Shown here piece after piece: positions 26,664-39,386 of a stretch of 64,000 nt of DNA. Origin of the DNA: Phycisphaerales bacterium (lineage in GTDB: Bacteria > Planctomycetota > Phycisphaerae > Phycisphaerales > UBA1924). The DNA lies in contig OZ245777.1 of NCBI GenBank assembly GCA_965227775.1, positions 96,001-160,000 on the forward strand, given 5' to 3'. A model generated the notes under the pieces. It saw only the letters and a program-made list of their open reading frames with translations, had not been told where the DNA came from and did not search any database. The first letter of the stretch is position 1. Each line of letters opens with the position of its first letter. Both the position numbers and the translations under genes were made by a program.

Positions 26664-28327
26664 TCATGCGTCGGGGTATTCGCGCCGCCAGTTGGCAGCG
26701 AATTCGTCGTCCGGGTCAAATTCGAGGATCTGGTCGATGAGCGCGCGTGCGTCCTCGAGGCGTCCCTCGCTGGTGTGGCACCAGGCAAGGATTGCGAGGT
26801 GCTCCTGGTCGGGGCGCTCGCCTTCGGGCAAGAGATCGATGGAGGCCTCGGCTGCGGGCCGCGCGGCGGCGGGGTTGCCCAGCGTGGCCTGGACGCGCGC
26901 AATCGCCAGCGGCACGCGGTAATCGGTGGGCATGCGCCGCTGGGCCAGGCGCCACTGGGCCAACGCGTCCTTCGGGCGCTCGCGGGCCTCCAGCACCTGG
27001 GCAAGTATCGCATAACGCCAGCCCTCGTCGGGGTTCTGGGCGATGTTGCGGTTGGCAGCGGCTTGGGCGGCCTTCATGTTACCCGCGTCGGAGAGCGTCT
27101 CGACGAGCATCCCCCACCGCTGGCCGGTGGCGTCCTGTGCGGCAATGTCGAACAGCTCTGCCTCGCGCCGCTGGTCGATGAGCAGGGCCATGAGCGTATC
27201 GAAGGCGGGCGTCATGCCAGGCTCGCGGCGGAGGGCTTCCCGGGCGCACGCCTCGGCGCGAGCGTTGTCTTCTTCGCTCAGCGCGAGCTTGCCGAGCATG
27301 TGGATGGCCCAATGCAAGCCCGGGTTGGTCTTCAATGCGGCATCGAGATTTGCGCGGGCCTCGGCAGGGTTGCCCAAGTACAGGTTGGCGATGCCGATGG
27401 ACATGCGGGCGGCGGGATCGCCCGGCTCGAGCTCGTGGTACTGCTGGAATAGCTTGAGGGCACCCTGCTCATCGTCCATGGCGGAGCGGACGCGCGCGAG
27501 GTCATACATCGCGCAGCTGTGCTCGGGTTCGAGCTCGAGGTGCTTGCGATAGGCCGCGTCGGCGCGCTCGAGCTGGCCGGCGCTCCAACAGGCCGAGGCG
27601 AGGTTGAAGTATGGGAGCGGATGGGTTGGGTCGAACTCGATGGCACGCTCGAAGCAGTCGATGGCCTCTTCGTATCGCCCGGCCATCGCCAGGCGCGTGC
27701 CCAGGTTGTCGATGTGGGCGATCTCGTCGGGATCGAGCTCGACCGCCAAGCGGGCCCAGTGCAGCGCCTGCTCGTGCTCGGCATCGTCGCCCTCGAAGTC
27801 GTAGAGCGTGGCAAGCAGCGCGGGAATGTCGGGGTTCGTCGGATCGCTGGCGGCAGCCTCTTCGAGCAACTCGAACGCCGCATCGCGCTCATCGCACGCC
27901 ATCAGCCCGGCGGCGAGGTTTCGCATGAACACCGCATCCGTGCGATCGAACTCGAGGGCGGCGCGGAGGTGTTCGAGACCGGCCTCACGCTGGCCGCGCT
28001 GGATCAGGGCGAAGCCCAGGTTTGATCGCGGCGCGGGGTGGTCGGGAGAGGTCTCGATCGAGGCCCGATACTGCTCGATGGCGCCGTCGATGTCGCCGCG
28101 CTCCATAAGCACGACGCCGCGGTTGTAGGCGTTTTCACCGGGCCACGGGTCTTCGCCGTCTGATGTATCGAAGCCGCCTTGCTCGATGGCGGCCATGCCA
28201 ATCTCGATGGGATTCACCGGATGGGTGCAGTGGCGTCGGCGGTAGTGCTGGGGAGGGTCGTCGGGCGACCATGCCGGCAGGTCGAGTTCGACGTGCTGGA
28301 TCTTGGTTTGTCGGCGCCAGCGGCCGA

Positions 28328-28331
<4 letters not shown>
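26664..28331 (-). CDS. Tetratricopeptide repeat protein
   Basis: Multiple TPR units (YNRG...A...Y..., NLG..LA..GRYEEAI..FERAIE.DP); ATG overlaps stop of the upstream gene. Confidence 0.85.
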
Positions 28332-30136
<1,805 letters not shown>

Positions 30137-30148
30137 GAGGTCTTTCGA

Positions 30149-30958
30149 CTACTGGCGCGGCAGTGGCATGAGCATGGTCTTGAGCACGCCGCCGAGCCAG
30201 AGGCGGCGTTGGTCGGGGAGCAGCGAGGCGAACTTGATCGTCTTCTTGCCGGTCTCGATCGCGATGGCTCGCTTCTTCTTGCCGTTCTCTTCGATGTCGG
30301 CATCGGTGAGTAGCACGGCTTCCACGGCGTCGGCATCGAAGCGGCGCTTCCAGCCGAGCGGGCCGACGCCGGTGAATACCACACCGTCGGGACCTCGCAA
30401 TCGGACCTCGACACGGCCGACAATCGTGATCATCAGGGCGCCGATGACCGTCACGCCGACCAGCACGAAGGGGGTCAGGAACAGAGCCATGAACACGGTC
30501 ATGCCGAGTGGCATGTTCTGGCTTGTGCCGCTACCGCTTCCGAAGGGCGTTGGGAACCACGAGGGAAGCGTGATGCCGGCGTGATGGAGGAACGAGGCGA
30601 TCATGATGACGAGGAAGATCGACACGATGCCGTTCCAGAACACCGCGAAGAACAAGAGTCCGCCCGCTCCGGCCAGAGATCGCGCCGAGGCGCGCAGCAC
30701 GACGCGGTCGCCAAAGTCTCTGATGGCACAACCGCGGGGCGGATCACCCTGGGCGAGCGCGGCAGCCTTGCGCGCTTCGGCCTGGTCCTTGCTCGAGCCC
30801 GATGCTCGCTCGTTTGCCGGGGCGGCGAGGTCGGCCAGACGGCTGAGCCGTCCGCAACGGCGGCACAGGGCGACGCCCTCGGCCATGTTCACGTCTTCGA
30901 TCGCGATCTGGGCCCCGCACGGGCAGGTGATCTGATGGCTTGGATCGCGGCGTGGCAT
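30149..30958 (-). CDS. Membrane protein with N-terminal zinc-ribbon
   Basis: CPCG...CRRCG, two TM segments (FAVFWNG, FLTPF..VG). Confidence 0.7.
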   Translation of the reverse strand: MPRRDPSHQITCPCGAQIAIEDVNMAEGVALCRRCGRLSRLADLAAPANERASGSSKDQAEARKAAALAQGDPPRGCAIRDFGDRVVLRASARSLAGAGGLLFFAVFWNGIVSIFLVIMIASFLHHAGITLPSWFPTPFGSGSGTSQNMPLGMTVFMALFLTPFVLVGVTVIGALMITIVGRVEVRLRGPDGVVFTGVGPLGWKRRFDADAVEAVLLTDADIEENGKKKRAIAIETGKKTIKFASLLPDQRRLWLGGVLKTMLMPLPRQ

Positions 30959-31062
30959 CTCGCAGAAAATCGGCGTTCGGGGGTGCCGGACTTCCACTAT
31001 ACTGGCATCCCAGTGGGTTCACAGACACCGAACCCGCTGCTGCCCAGACCCGGAGGCCCGCG

Positions 31063-31650
31063 ATGGCGACGCCCGAAGAGATGGCCAAGACCATGGCCGA
31101 GAACCTCAAGAAGAACACCGGCAAGAGCCTCGCGCAATGGGCGAAGGTGGCCAAGGGCTCGGGCCTGACCAAACACGGCGAGGTCGTCAAGTTCTTAAAG
31201 GCGGAGCACGGCCTGATGCACGGCTATGCGAATCTCGTGGCTCACGAGGCGAAGGGCAGCGTTGGCATCGCCAGTGGCAAGAAGACGAGCGCAAGCGAGG
31301 GCGAAGACTTAGTCGCGGCGCAATACGCCGGGGCGAAGGCGGATCTGCGGCCGATCCACGACGCGCTGATCAAGAAGGTGAAAGCGTTCGGCAAGGACGT
31401 CGAGATCTCGCCCAAGAAGAGCTATGTGAGCCTGCGGCGCAGCAAACAGTTTGCGCTCATTCAGCCCAGCACGAAGACGCGGGTTGACCTGGGCATCCAG
31501 CTCAAAGCGGCGCCGAAGAAAGCGACCGAACGCCTGGAGCCGTCGGGTAGCTTCAACTCGATGGTCAGCCATCGCGTGCGGCTGGAGGGCGTGAAGGACG
31601 TCGACGCCGAGGTCGTTGCGTACCTGCGCGAGGCGTACGACAAGGCCTGA
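31063..31650 (+). CDS. DUF4287 + DUF5655 domain protein
   Basis: NL...TGKSL..W, KHGE...LK..HGL.HGYAN; PKKSYVSLRR.KQFA, AYL.EAY. Confidence 0.8.
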   Translation: MATPEEMAKTMAENLKKNTGKSLAQWAKVAKGSGLTKHGEVVKFLKAEHGLMHGYANLVAHEAKGSVGIASGKKTSASEGEDLVAAQYAGAKADLRPIHDALIKKVKAFGKDVEISPKKSYVSLRRSKQFALIQPSTKTRVDLGIQLKAAPKKATERLEPSGSFNSMVSHRVRLEGVKDVDAEVVAYLREAYDKA

Positions 31651-31681
31651 AGGGCTTTAGCAGGTTCGAAGGGGGTTTCCG

Positions 31682-32167
31682 ATGCGCATGAATCTGTCAA
31701 CGACCATCGACGCACCGCAGGAGGCAGTGTTCGCCGCGGTGAGCGACTTCTCGAACGCCGCAGAGATGATCTCTGGCATCGACTCGGTCGAGATGCTCGA
31801 GCAGGCAACCAACGGAACCCCCGTCGGTGTCGGCACGCGATTCAAGGAGACGCGGACGATGATGGGCAAGCAGGCAACCGAGGAGATGGAAGTCATCGAG
31901 TACGACCCGCCCCGGTCGTACACGCTGAGCGCCATCTCGTGCGGCGCGCGATTCGACAGCCGGGTGGCGTGTGACCAAGCATCGCCCGGCGGCTGCCGGC
32001 TGAGCTACGACATCGACACCAAGGCGATCTCGCTGTTTGCGAAGGTCATGTCGCCGATCATGGGCATCATGATGAAGGGCACGATGCGGAAGATGATGGA
32101 GAAGGACATGGCGGACATCAAGGCGTACGTCGAAGCGGGTCAGGGAGACGCCGCGCCGTCCGCATAA
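31682..32167 (+). CDS. SRPBCC (START-like) family protein
   Basis: IDAP.E.VF..VSD, GVGTRFKETR, EYDPPR. Confidence 0.85.
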   Translation: MRMNLSTTIDAPQEAVFAAVSDFSNAAEMISGIDSVEMLEQATNGTPVGVGTRFKETRTMMGKQATEEMEVIEYDPPRSYTLSAISCGARFDSRVACDQASPGGCRLSYDIDTKAISLFAKVMSPIMGIMMKGTMRKMMEKDMADIKAYVEAGQGDAAPSA

Positions 32168-32283
32168 TCGTCTTTCGGGCGATGTTCAGCGCGTTGCTTC
32201 GGCGGCCGCATCGTCACTAGCCTTGGGTCGTTCAGAACGCTGCCTGGTCGGCATGCGGTTAACAGGAAAGGGAGAATCACACC

Positions 32284-33714
32284 ATGCCTCCGACTCGCAC
32301 GACGCTTCGCATGAAGGCCCTGACGCCCGCGATCGCACTGTTGGCGATCGCGGGGAGCGCGCTGGCGCAGGACGATGGGGCGCAGGAAGCCGCTGCTGTC
32401 GATCTCGATGCGCTCGTCGAGGCGTACTTCGAGACGTGGGACGAGATGCGTGAGACGGGCAACCCGACCTACGAAGAGTGGATCGCGTTGCACGACAAGA
32501 CGCTGTCGAAGGTCGATCTGGAGACGATGGACAGCGACGGGCTCGCGACGCTGTTTGCGGCGGGGCTCTTCAACGGCGATGAGGTGCGCGAGACCGTGAC
32601 GTCGCGGGTCGCCGAGATGCTTGGAGAGGTCGAGGCCGACTCGGTGGACGAAGTGCGGCTATTGACGCTGGATCTATTCCTGCGGGGCATGGCGACGCGC
32701 ACGAACCGCCCGACGCCGCAAGCGCAGAGCGAATTGCTCGGCGCGGTGCTCGACCACCCGAAGCTGCATGAGGCCGTGAAGCAGGGGCGTGTGTCGAGCA
32801 TCGGCCGTGCGATCATCGCCACCGCTCCCCAGAACATGCAGGCGCACAAGGACGGCATCGTCGCGCTCGGTGTGATGCTTGCCGACGCGTCGCCCGACAT
32901 GGGGCTCGACGGTGCGATCTACTGGTCGGCCATGGACCGGATTCCGGAACTCGACGAACAGCAGCGCGAGGCCATCCGCGTGGGGCTCGTGCAGTCGCTT
33001 CGGCGCAGCGTCGAAGCAACCGACAAGAACGGCGAGCCCGTGCTTGGCGAGACGCTCGCGTATGTGCGCAACACGCTTGGTCGCATGGACGGAGCGGCCA
33101 TCCGGGGTGAGCTTATCGATCATCCGGTGCCCGAGATGACCATCACGTGGTCGAGCGATGAGTCGCTGGCGACGTTTGAGGACCTGCAGGGCCAGGTGGT
33201 CCTCGTCGACTTTTGGGCGACGTGGTGCGGGCCTTGCATCGCCAGCTTTCCCAAGCTGCGCGAGCTGCTGGACTACTACGAGGGCAAGCCGGTGACCATC
33301 CTGGGCGTGACGAGCCTGCAAGGCGCCGTGTATGGGCTGCCCGACCAGGACGGGCCGGTCGACTGCGAGGACGACCCGCAGACCGAGCACAGCCTGATGC
33401 CCGCCGTGATGGAAACGCACAACATGACGTGGCCCGTCGTCTTCACCGAGCAGGACGTGTTCAACCCGGACTTCAACGTCAGCGGCATTCCGCACCTCGC
33501 GGTCGTCGACGCAACCGGCACCGTGCGGCACAACGACCTGAGCCCGACGCTGTCGGTGGAGCAATTGGTCGAGATCATCGACCCACTGCTGGTCGCAATG
33601 GGTGTTGAGCCGCCCATGCCCGAGAACGCGGGGCCGAGCGCGAACGAAAACCAGGCGCCCGCCCAGAACAGGCCCGCTCAGGACACGCAGGGCGAGAACA
33701 AGCAGGGCGGCTGA
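32284..33714 (+). CDS. Secreted TlpA-family disulfide reductase
   Basis: Signal peptide; VDFWATWCGPC, GIPHLAVVD; start may be ATG 32311. Confidence 0.85.
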   Translation: MPPTRTTLRMKALTPAIALLAIAGSALAQDDGAQEAAAVDLDALVEAYFETWDEMRETGNPTYEEWIALHDKTLSKVDLETMDSDGLATLFAAGLFNGDEVRETVTSRVAEMLGEVEADSVDEVRLLTLDLFLRGMATRTNRPTPQAQSELLGAVLDHPKLHEAVKQGRVSSIGRAIIATAPQNMQAHKDGIVALGVMLADASPDMGLDGAIYWSAMDRIPELDEQQREAIRVGLVQSLRRSVEATDKNGEPVLGETLAYVRNTLGRMDGAAIRGELIDHPVPEMTITWSSDESLATFEDLQGQVVLVDFWATWCGPCIASFPKLRELLDYYEGKPVTILGVTSLQGAVYGLPDQDGPVDCEDDPQTEHSLMPAVMETHNMTWPVVFTEQDVFNPDFNVSGIPHLAVVDATGTVRHNDLSPTLSVEQLVEIIDPLLVAMGVEPPMPENAGPSANENQAPAQNRPAQDTQGENKQGG

Positions 33715-33725
33715 GCGTGCTGCCG

Positions 33726-35219
33726 CTACAGCAGCGGCGAGACGATCTTGGCGGTGTCGTCGGCCAGCTTCTGGATCCAGGGGCGGTCGGCCAGTTCCTG
33801 CTTGCCCATGGGGCGGCAGTCTTCGAGGTACTGCTCGAGCCGCGATCTCAGAGGCAGGGTGACGTCCTTGCCGTGTGCGAGCAAATTGAGCTCGTAGTTG
33901 AGGCGGAAGCTGCGGCGGTCGAAGTTGCCCGAGCCGAAAACGCTGATCGCGTCATCGACGGTCAATGCTTTGACGTGCAAGAGCCCCTTCTGATGCAGGT
34001 GGACGTTGGCACCGGCTTCGAGCAGTTCCTCCAGCACGCTCTTGGCTGCGGCGCTAACGAGGAATGAGTTGGTCTTCTCGGGGATGATGATGTCGACCTT
34101 GACGCCCGCCACGGCGCGCAGTCGCAATGCCAGCTGGGTGGGTGGATCCGGGATGAGGTAGGGCGTGACCATGACGATGCGCTCGTTGGCCTCGTTGATC
34201 GCGCTGAGGATGACATCGCGGAAGGCTTCCTCCCGCCGTCCTGGGCCGCTCGGCAGGGCCTGGGCGACGATTGGGCCCGTGTGCTCGGGCTGCGGAAACA
34301 GATCGGCGTCTGGCTCGGGCATGACACCGGTTTCGGCAACCCAGTCCTCGAGGAAGAGCAGTTGCATCTGTATGGCGAGCGGCCCGGTGACGCGGGCGGT
34401 CAGGTCGATCCACGGGCCATACTTGCGGTTGCCATAGTCGAGATCGCAGATGTTCTGGCTCCCGGTGTAGGCGATCCGGCCATCGATGATGGTGAGCTTG
34501 CGATGGTTGCGTACGTCGATTCGCGCGAGCGTGCGGCGGAAGTAGCGGCTGGGCAGCGCGTCGCGGACGAACACGCCCTGCTCGCGGAGCTCGCGGCCGA
34601 GCGTCACGAAGAAGTCAGCCGATCCCGAGCCATCGGCGAGCACACGGCAGACGACGCCACGCTTGGCCGCACGCACGAGTGCGTCGCCGACCTTGCGTCC
34701 GTTCGCATCATTGCGGAAGATGTAGGTCAGCAAATGGACGTGGTTCTCGGCGGCGTCGATGGCCTCGACGAGGTGATCAATGAAGTGGCCGCTGTCGATG
34801 ATCTGGCCGTTGTTGCCCATCAGCGGCCTGTAGCCCCCCACCATGGTTGCCAGGCGGAACAGGTCTCTGTATCCGGCATCGATGGCGTCGATGGGCGCGG
34901 CGTGGGCTTCGACGGCGTTCACGCGCTCGGCGGTCTCGACCAATTGCGCGGCGCGCTGGTTGGCCTGCACGCGGCGACGCCCGAGCAGCTGGCGGCCGAA
35001 GGCGGCGTACAGCACGGCCCCGGGGATGGGCTGGAAGAGCGTGAGCGCGAGCCAAGCCATGGCCTCGCCGGCCGAGTGCTTGCGGATGATGATGGGCGCG
35101 AGCACGAGCCTGACGAGCCACTCGAACAGCAGATACGACAACGGCAGCCATGCGGCCGCGGAGCCATCACCGTCGGCTTGGGCCAGCGTCACGATCAGTG
35201 CCGGAGGGATGTCATGCAT
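33726..35219 (-). CDS. cls: Cardiolipin synthase
   Basis: Two PLD HKD motifs (RNHRKLTIID, LHVKALTVD), N-terminal TMs, PSGP, TPY.IP. Confidence 0.92.
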   Translation of the reverse strand: MHDIPPALIVTLAQADGDGSAAAWLPLSYLLFEWLVRLVLAPIIIRKHSAGEAMAWLALTLFQPIPGAVLYAAFGRQLLGRRRVQANQRAAQLVETAERVNAVEAHAAPIDAIDAGYRDLFRLATMVGGYRPLMGNNGQIIDSGHFIDHLVEAIDAAENHVHLLTYIFRNDANGRKVGDALVRAAKRGVVCRVLADGSGSADFFVTLGRELREQGVFVRDALPSRYFRRTLARIDVRNHRKLTIIDGRIAYTGSQNICDLDYGNRKYGPWIDLTARVTGPLAIQMQLLFLEDWVAETGVMPEPDADLFPQPEHTGPIVAQALPSGPGRREEAFRDVILSAINEANERIVMVTPYLIPDPPTQLALRLRAVAGVKVDIIIPEKTNSFLVSAAAKSVLEELLEAGANVHLHQKGLLHVKALTVDDAISVFGSGNFDRRSFRLNYELNLLAHGKDVTLPLRSRLEQYLEDCRPMGKQELADRPWIQKLADDTAKIVSPLL

Positions 35220-35272
35220 GGCGGATTGTTGCCTGCATGCGGGTCGTACCATCGAACGACAGGAGCCATGCC

Positions 35273-36247
35273 TTGCTGCACGCCCCGGGCCGCCCAACGA
35301 ATCCGCAGTCGCTCGAGGAGGCCCTGGGCCCGGAGTTGCTCGAGACGCTCGGGCGCATGCGGCTGCGCAGCCGGAAGATCTTCGCGGGCAAGCTGCCCGG
35401 CGAGCGACGCAGCAAGAAGCGCGGTCAGAGCGTCGAGTTCGATGACTTTCGCGAGTACGTCCGCGGCGACGACCTGCGGCACCTCGACTGGAACCTGTAC
35501 GCCCGGCTCGAGAAGCTCTTCCTCAAGCTGTTTCTGGAGGAAGAAGACCTGGCGCTGCATGTGGCGATCGACTGCTCACGGTCGATGGAAGCCGGCCGGC
35601 CACCGAAGCTGGAGCTGGCCCGGCGGCTGGCGGTGGCGGTTGCCTACGTCGGCCTGAGCAACCAGGACCGGGTGAGCGTGTGGGCGCTGGGCGTGCCGGG
35701 GCGGCCCGACGTGCTGCGGATGCCGCCGGTGCGCGGGCGATCGGGGGCCGGCCGATTGCTGGAGTTCGTGTACCGCCAGGCGGTCGCCGAGCCCGGTGGT
35801 ACGACGCCGAACCGGCCGGAGCTCGTGCCGGCGCTGCTGCGTCTTGCGCGGGCGCGCGTGGGCAAGGGCGTGCTCGTCGTGCTCAGCGACTTCCTAACCG
35901 AGGAGGACCTGACACCCGCGCTCAACGCGATGGCTTTCTCCCAAGGCGGCGGGTTCGACACCATCCTGGTGCAGGTGCTGGCACCGGGCGAGATCGACCC
36001 CGCATCGGAGGCCGATGCCGGCCTGCTCGGCGACGTGATGCTGACCGATGTGGAGAGCGGGCGGACGGCCGAAGTCACGGTGACGCCGTCGCTCATCGCT
36101 GGCTATCGCAAACGCCTGGAAGCCCACAACGATCGGCTGGCTCGGCTGGCGAGCGCCCGCGGCATCGGATACGTCCTGCTGCCGAGTGATGTGCCAGCGA
36201 AGGACGTGCTTACCGGATCTCTGCGGCGGCACGGGGTGCTGGCGTGA
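35273..36247 (+). CDS. DUF58 domain protein
   Basis: G.S.EF.DFREY..GDDLRHLDW, D.S.SM, VLSDFL; TTG start after AGGAG. Confidence 0.88.
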   Translation: MLHAPGRPTNPQSLEEALGPELLETLGRMRLRSRKIFAGKLPGERRSKKRGQSVEFDDFREYVRGDDLRHLDWNLYARLEKLFLKLFLEEEDLALHVAIDCSRSMEAGRPPKLELARRLAVAVAYVGLSNQDRVSVWALGVPGRPDVLRMPPVRGRSGAGRLLEFVYRQAVAEPGGTTPNRPELVPALLRLARARVGKGVLVVLSDFLTEEDLTPALNAMAFSQGGGFDTILVQVLAPGEIDPASEADAGLLGDVMLTDVESGRTAEVTVTPSLIAGYRKRLEAHNDRLARLASARGIGYVLLPSDVPAKDVLTGSLRRHGVLA

Positions 36248-36428
36248 GGCCCTGAGGGCCCGGGAACGGCGTCGACAGATTTTTTCTGAGAATTGAGCGA
36301 AGTCGCGTGAGCCCCAGGGAGGCGTCTCGCTTGCGGTGTATCAACACATCGCCGGATGGCTCGTTCCCGCCAGTGTGCGGCGTCCGACATCCGGGAGGAA
36401 TGCACCCAAGTTCGTTAGGAGACTCACC

Positions 36429-37529
36429 GTGATTCGCAACTTCAGCACCGTTCTCGCCGCCTCGGTCACCGTTCTTGCCTCCGCCACCGCGCAGGCCCAG
36501 GTCATGAGCAGCGGGCTGGGCACCAGCGCCCCGCCGCCGTTCCTGCATGACTACGCCATGCAAGATGGCTGGGACCTTCGCGCTACGTTCACCGACGTCG
36601 ACTCGGCCTACGTTGGCGGCTTCCGCACCGTGGAATTCTCTGACACCATGAGCCTGCGTCGCATCGGCGATGGCTGGGCGACGTGGAGCCATGGGTATAC
36701 CGGCGAGGTGTATTACACCGACGACGACAGCCTGCGCCTGGACTTCGACGACGGCGAGGTTGGCGCGTTCATCCTGTACGTCGAGCCCAATGCGTTCGGC
36801 GACTTCCGATTCGAGGTTCGCGGCTTCGACTCGTCGGGCCGATTCTCGAACTTCTCCACCGATGTTGAGGGCTTCGAAGGGGCCCAGGGCTTCGGCTTCA
36901 GCGCCCCGGCGGGCGGCCACATCACCCAGGTTCGTGTCGTCAACGTCGATGGTGACGCGGGCGGCTTCGCGGTTGGCGAGTTCTCGTCGGCAGCCGTGGC
37001 GACCGAGTGCCTCCCCTGGCGTCCGTTCAGCTTCGGCGATGTGGGCGACATCTACTTCGACACGATCAACGTGGGCACCAAGTGTGGCTTGCTGCAGGTG
37101 ACCGATGCGTTCAACTCTGGTGATCGGTTCAGCGTCCGCGTGTTCCGCGGGGCCTCGCAGGTGGCCGCGTTCAACACCAGTACGCCGCGTGACGGCCACT
37201 ACACCACCGACTACGACGACGCGTACGCCAGCCGGAACTTCTCGAGCGGCGCTGCGGTGCTCGATCCGGGCATCTACCGGGTGCAGGTTACCGTGCTCGA
37301 GTCGCCCTTCGGCTCGGGCGGTGCGGCTCTGAAGCTGGGCGATCGCCCCTGCAGCTACGGGACGTGCGTGGCCGACTTTGATGGCGATGGCTCCCTGACC
37401 ATCTTCGACTTCCTGGCGTACCAGAACGCCTTCGACGCCGGCGACTTCTGTGCCGACCTCGACGGCGATACCCGCCTGACGATCTTCGACTTCCTGGCCT
37501 TCCAGAACGAGTTCGCCTCGGGCTGCTAA
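36429..37529 (+). CDS. Secreted two-domain protein with dockerin-like tag
   Basis: AGGAG RBS + GTG, signal peptide AQA-Q; LQVTDAFNSGDRF domain; ends CVADFDGDGSLTIFDFLAYQNAFDAGDFCADLDGDTRLTIFDFLAFQNEFASGC. Confidence 0.9.
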   Translation: MIRNFSTVLAASVTVLASATAQAQVMSSGLGTSAPPPFLHDYAMQDGWDLRATFTDVDSAYVGGFRTVEFSDTMSLRRIGDGWATWSHGYTGEVYYTDDDSLRLDFDDGEVGAFILYVEPNAFGDFRFEVRGFDSSGRFSNFSTDVEGFEGAQGFGFSAPAGGHITQVRVVNVDGDAGGFAVGEFSSAAVATECLPWRPFSFGDVGDIYFDTINVGTKCGLLQVTDAFNSGDRFSVRVFRGASQVAAFNTSTPRDGHYTTDYDDAYASRNFSSGAAVLDPGIYRVQVTVLESPFGSGGAALKLGDRPCSYGTCVADFDGDGSLTIFDFLAYQNAFDAGDFCADLDGDTRLTIFDFLAFQNEFASGC

Positions 37530-37558
37530 GACCACGATTCGAGCGTTCATTCACCCCG

Positions 37559-37589
37559 AGCCGCGGCCTGCTGATGGCCGCGGCTTTTT
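37559..37589 (+). terminator. Intrinsic terminator
   Basis: AGCCGCGGCC-N7-GGCCGCGGCT followed by TTTT. Confidence 0.75.
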
Positions 37590-37599
37590 GCGCGCGGCG

Positions 37600-38817
37600 C
37601 TAGAAGTGATCGAACATGCACGGGGCGGCGGTGCTCGCGAACGCGGCATCGAGATCTGCGATGGCCGGCGCTGGCCCCTCGATGAGGCCCACACTGGCAA
37701 GCTGCCGGGCGCTCTGCAAGCCCGTGTACAGCGGCGCGAGATGGCGCACGTCGAGGCGGATGGCGTCTCTGGACGCCGAAGATGCCGGGCCCGTCTCTGC
37801 CCGGCCGTCGCGGATCCGTACACGGATCGGCGTGTTGTTCGCTTCGATGAGCTCGTCGCGCACCTGCAGGGTGAATTCGCATGAAAGGGCGGGCGCGTAC
37901 CCGCGTGCCGCAAGGGCGCCCGCGACGTCGACGGTCCGCAGCATCCATGGGTCGCGCATCTCGAGCGTGAAGCGGCGATCGGGCATGCGCTGGATCAGGG
38001 GCGAGCCAGGGTGGTCGGTGAACTCGATTTCCCCCACCACCGACGAGAAGCCGCGCAGGAATCCGAGCAGGCGATCGAGGCCCCGCGCGGTCGAGTAGCC
38101 ATGATCGACGAGGTGCATGGCGTTGCCACGAGCATTGCCGGCAACATGGCCGTCGTGGCGCGGCTCGACGCGATAGATGCAGTAGGCCTCGATCTCGCCC
38201 GAGTCGGACTCGGCAACGAACGCCTGAGCGGGCCCGGTCTTGGGGTTCCGCACACGGTGCCACACGTACGGGCCGCGGTCAAGGGCGGCGGGCACATGCC
38301 GCGCGCGATCGTTGGCGCAGGCCTCGACGGCGGCCGCATCGTCGTTGGTCATCTCGCGCCAATCGGCGCCCCGGTCGGTGGATGCGAGCATGCCCGCGGC
38401 GACGCGGACGGTGTAGATGTGCCCCGCGTAGTCGAAACCCACGCTGCGGTAGAGCGGCTCCATGGCCGAATAGAGCGTGGACACGTGCTCGCCGCGCTCG
38501 TGCATCTCCAGCAGGCAGCGGCGCATGATGTCTCGGGCGAGGCCGCGGCCGCGCGCTTGTGGGCCGACGGCGACGCCCGCGATGCCCACGTGGGGCACAC
38601 TGGCACCCCCGAGCCACATGCCCATGGGGATGCGCATCGAAGTCGCGAGTACCACGTCGTCTTCGCGGAGCACACGCGTCTCGGAGAGCGTGACGCGGTC
38701 GCGCATCCACTCGACCGATTGCTCGGGCAGCACGCTGAAGGCCCGAGAGAGGACGAGGCTGGCTCCGTGCAGATCGGTCTCGTCGGCTGGGCCGAAGCTT
38801 GGCGGCGGCGGGGCCAT
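37600..38817 (-). CDS. Eis-like GNAT acetyltransferase with C-terminal SCP2-like domain
   Basis: GIAGVAV.P.ARGRGLA, STLY....LYRSVGF, MLR.VDV..AL..RGY, LAPLYTG, ends DHF. Confidence 0.85.
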   Translation of the reverse strand: MAPPPPSFGPADETDLHGASLVLSRAFSVLPEQSVEWMRDRVTLSETRVLREDDVVLATSMRIPMGMWLGGASVPHVGIAGVAVGPQARGRGLARDIMRRCLLEMHERGEHVSTLYSAMEPLYRSVGFDYAGHIYTVRVAAGMLASTDRGADWREMTNDDAAAVEACANDRARHVPAALDRGPYVWHRVRNPKTGPAQAFVAESDSGEIEAYCIYRVEPRHDGHVAGNARGNAMHLVDHGYSTARGLDRLLGFLRGFSSVVGEIEFTDHPGSPLIQRMPDRRFTLEMRDPWMLRTVDVAGALAARGYAPALSCEFTLQVRDELIEANNTPIRVRIRDGRAETGPASSASRDAIRLDVRHLAPLYTGLQSARQLASVGLIEGPAPAIADLDAAFASTAAPCMFDHF

Positions 38818-38861
38818 GGCACGATCTCCGCTTGGATCGACTGGAACGAGGCTGGCGTTTC

Positions 38862-39386
38862 TCAGTCGTCGCCGGACAGCGCGTCGATGTAGCGAAGCTC
38901 GCGATCATCCGGCGGCCGAGTGCAACGCTCGACGGTAGCGCGGAACTTGGCCTCGGTCGGGAAGATCAGGCCGATGCCGATGACCGCGAGCAGGGGAGAG
39001 GCAAGGAACAGCAATTGTCCGGTGACCAGCGCACAGACGGCGCCGAGCAGGCCGAAGCCCTCGATGGCGGCCATCTGGATGAGCGTGCCGCGGACGTAGG
39101 CCTCTTCGAACGTGGTGACGGCGCCTCCATCCGGCCCCGGGCGAACGCCCCCGTACTCGCCCCGCAACCAGGCGGTGCGTGCCTGCTGGAGCATGCTTGC
39201 CTTCACGGCGATGCCCAAGAGCACGCATACTGGGATCGCTAACGCCGCAGCGCCGGCGAGCGGCGCGAGCAACGCCGGCGCAGCGGGCGCGGTGCGCGCA
39301 TACGCGACCGCGCCCATCGTGGCGGTCATGACGAGGATGCCCGCGACGAGCGCAGCGCCGATGACCTGGATCGTGCGCAGGTTCAT
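38862..39386 (-). CDS. Membrane protein
   Basis: Four hydrophobic segments; ATG overlaps stop of upstream gene. Confidence 0.7.
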   Translation of the reverse strand: MNLRTIQVIGAALVAGILVMTATMGAVAYARTAPAAPALLAPLAGAAALAIPVCVLLGIAVKASMLQQARTAWLRGEYGGVRPGPDGGAVTTFEEAYVRGTLIQMAAIEGFGLLGAVCALVTGQLLFLASPLLAVIGIGLIFPTEAKFRATVERCTRPPDDRELRYIDALSGDD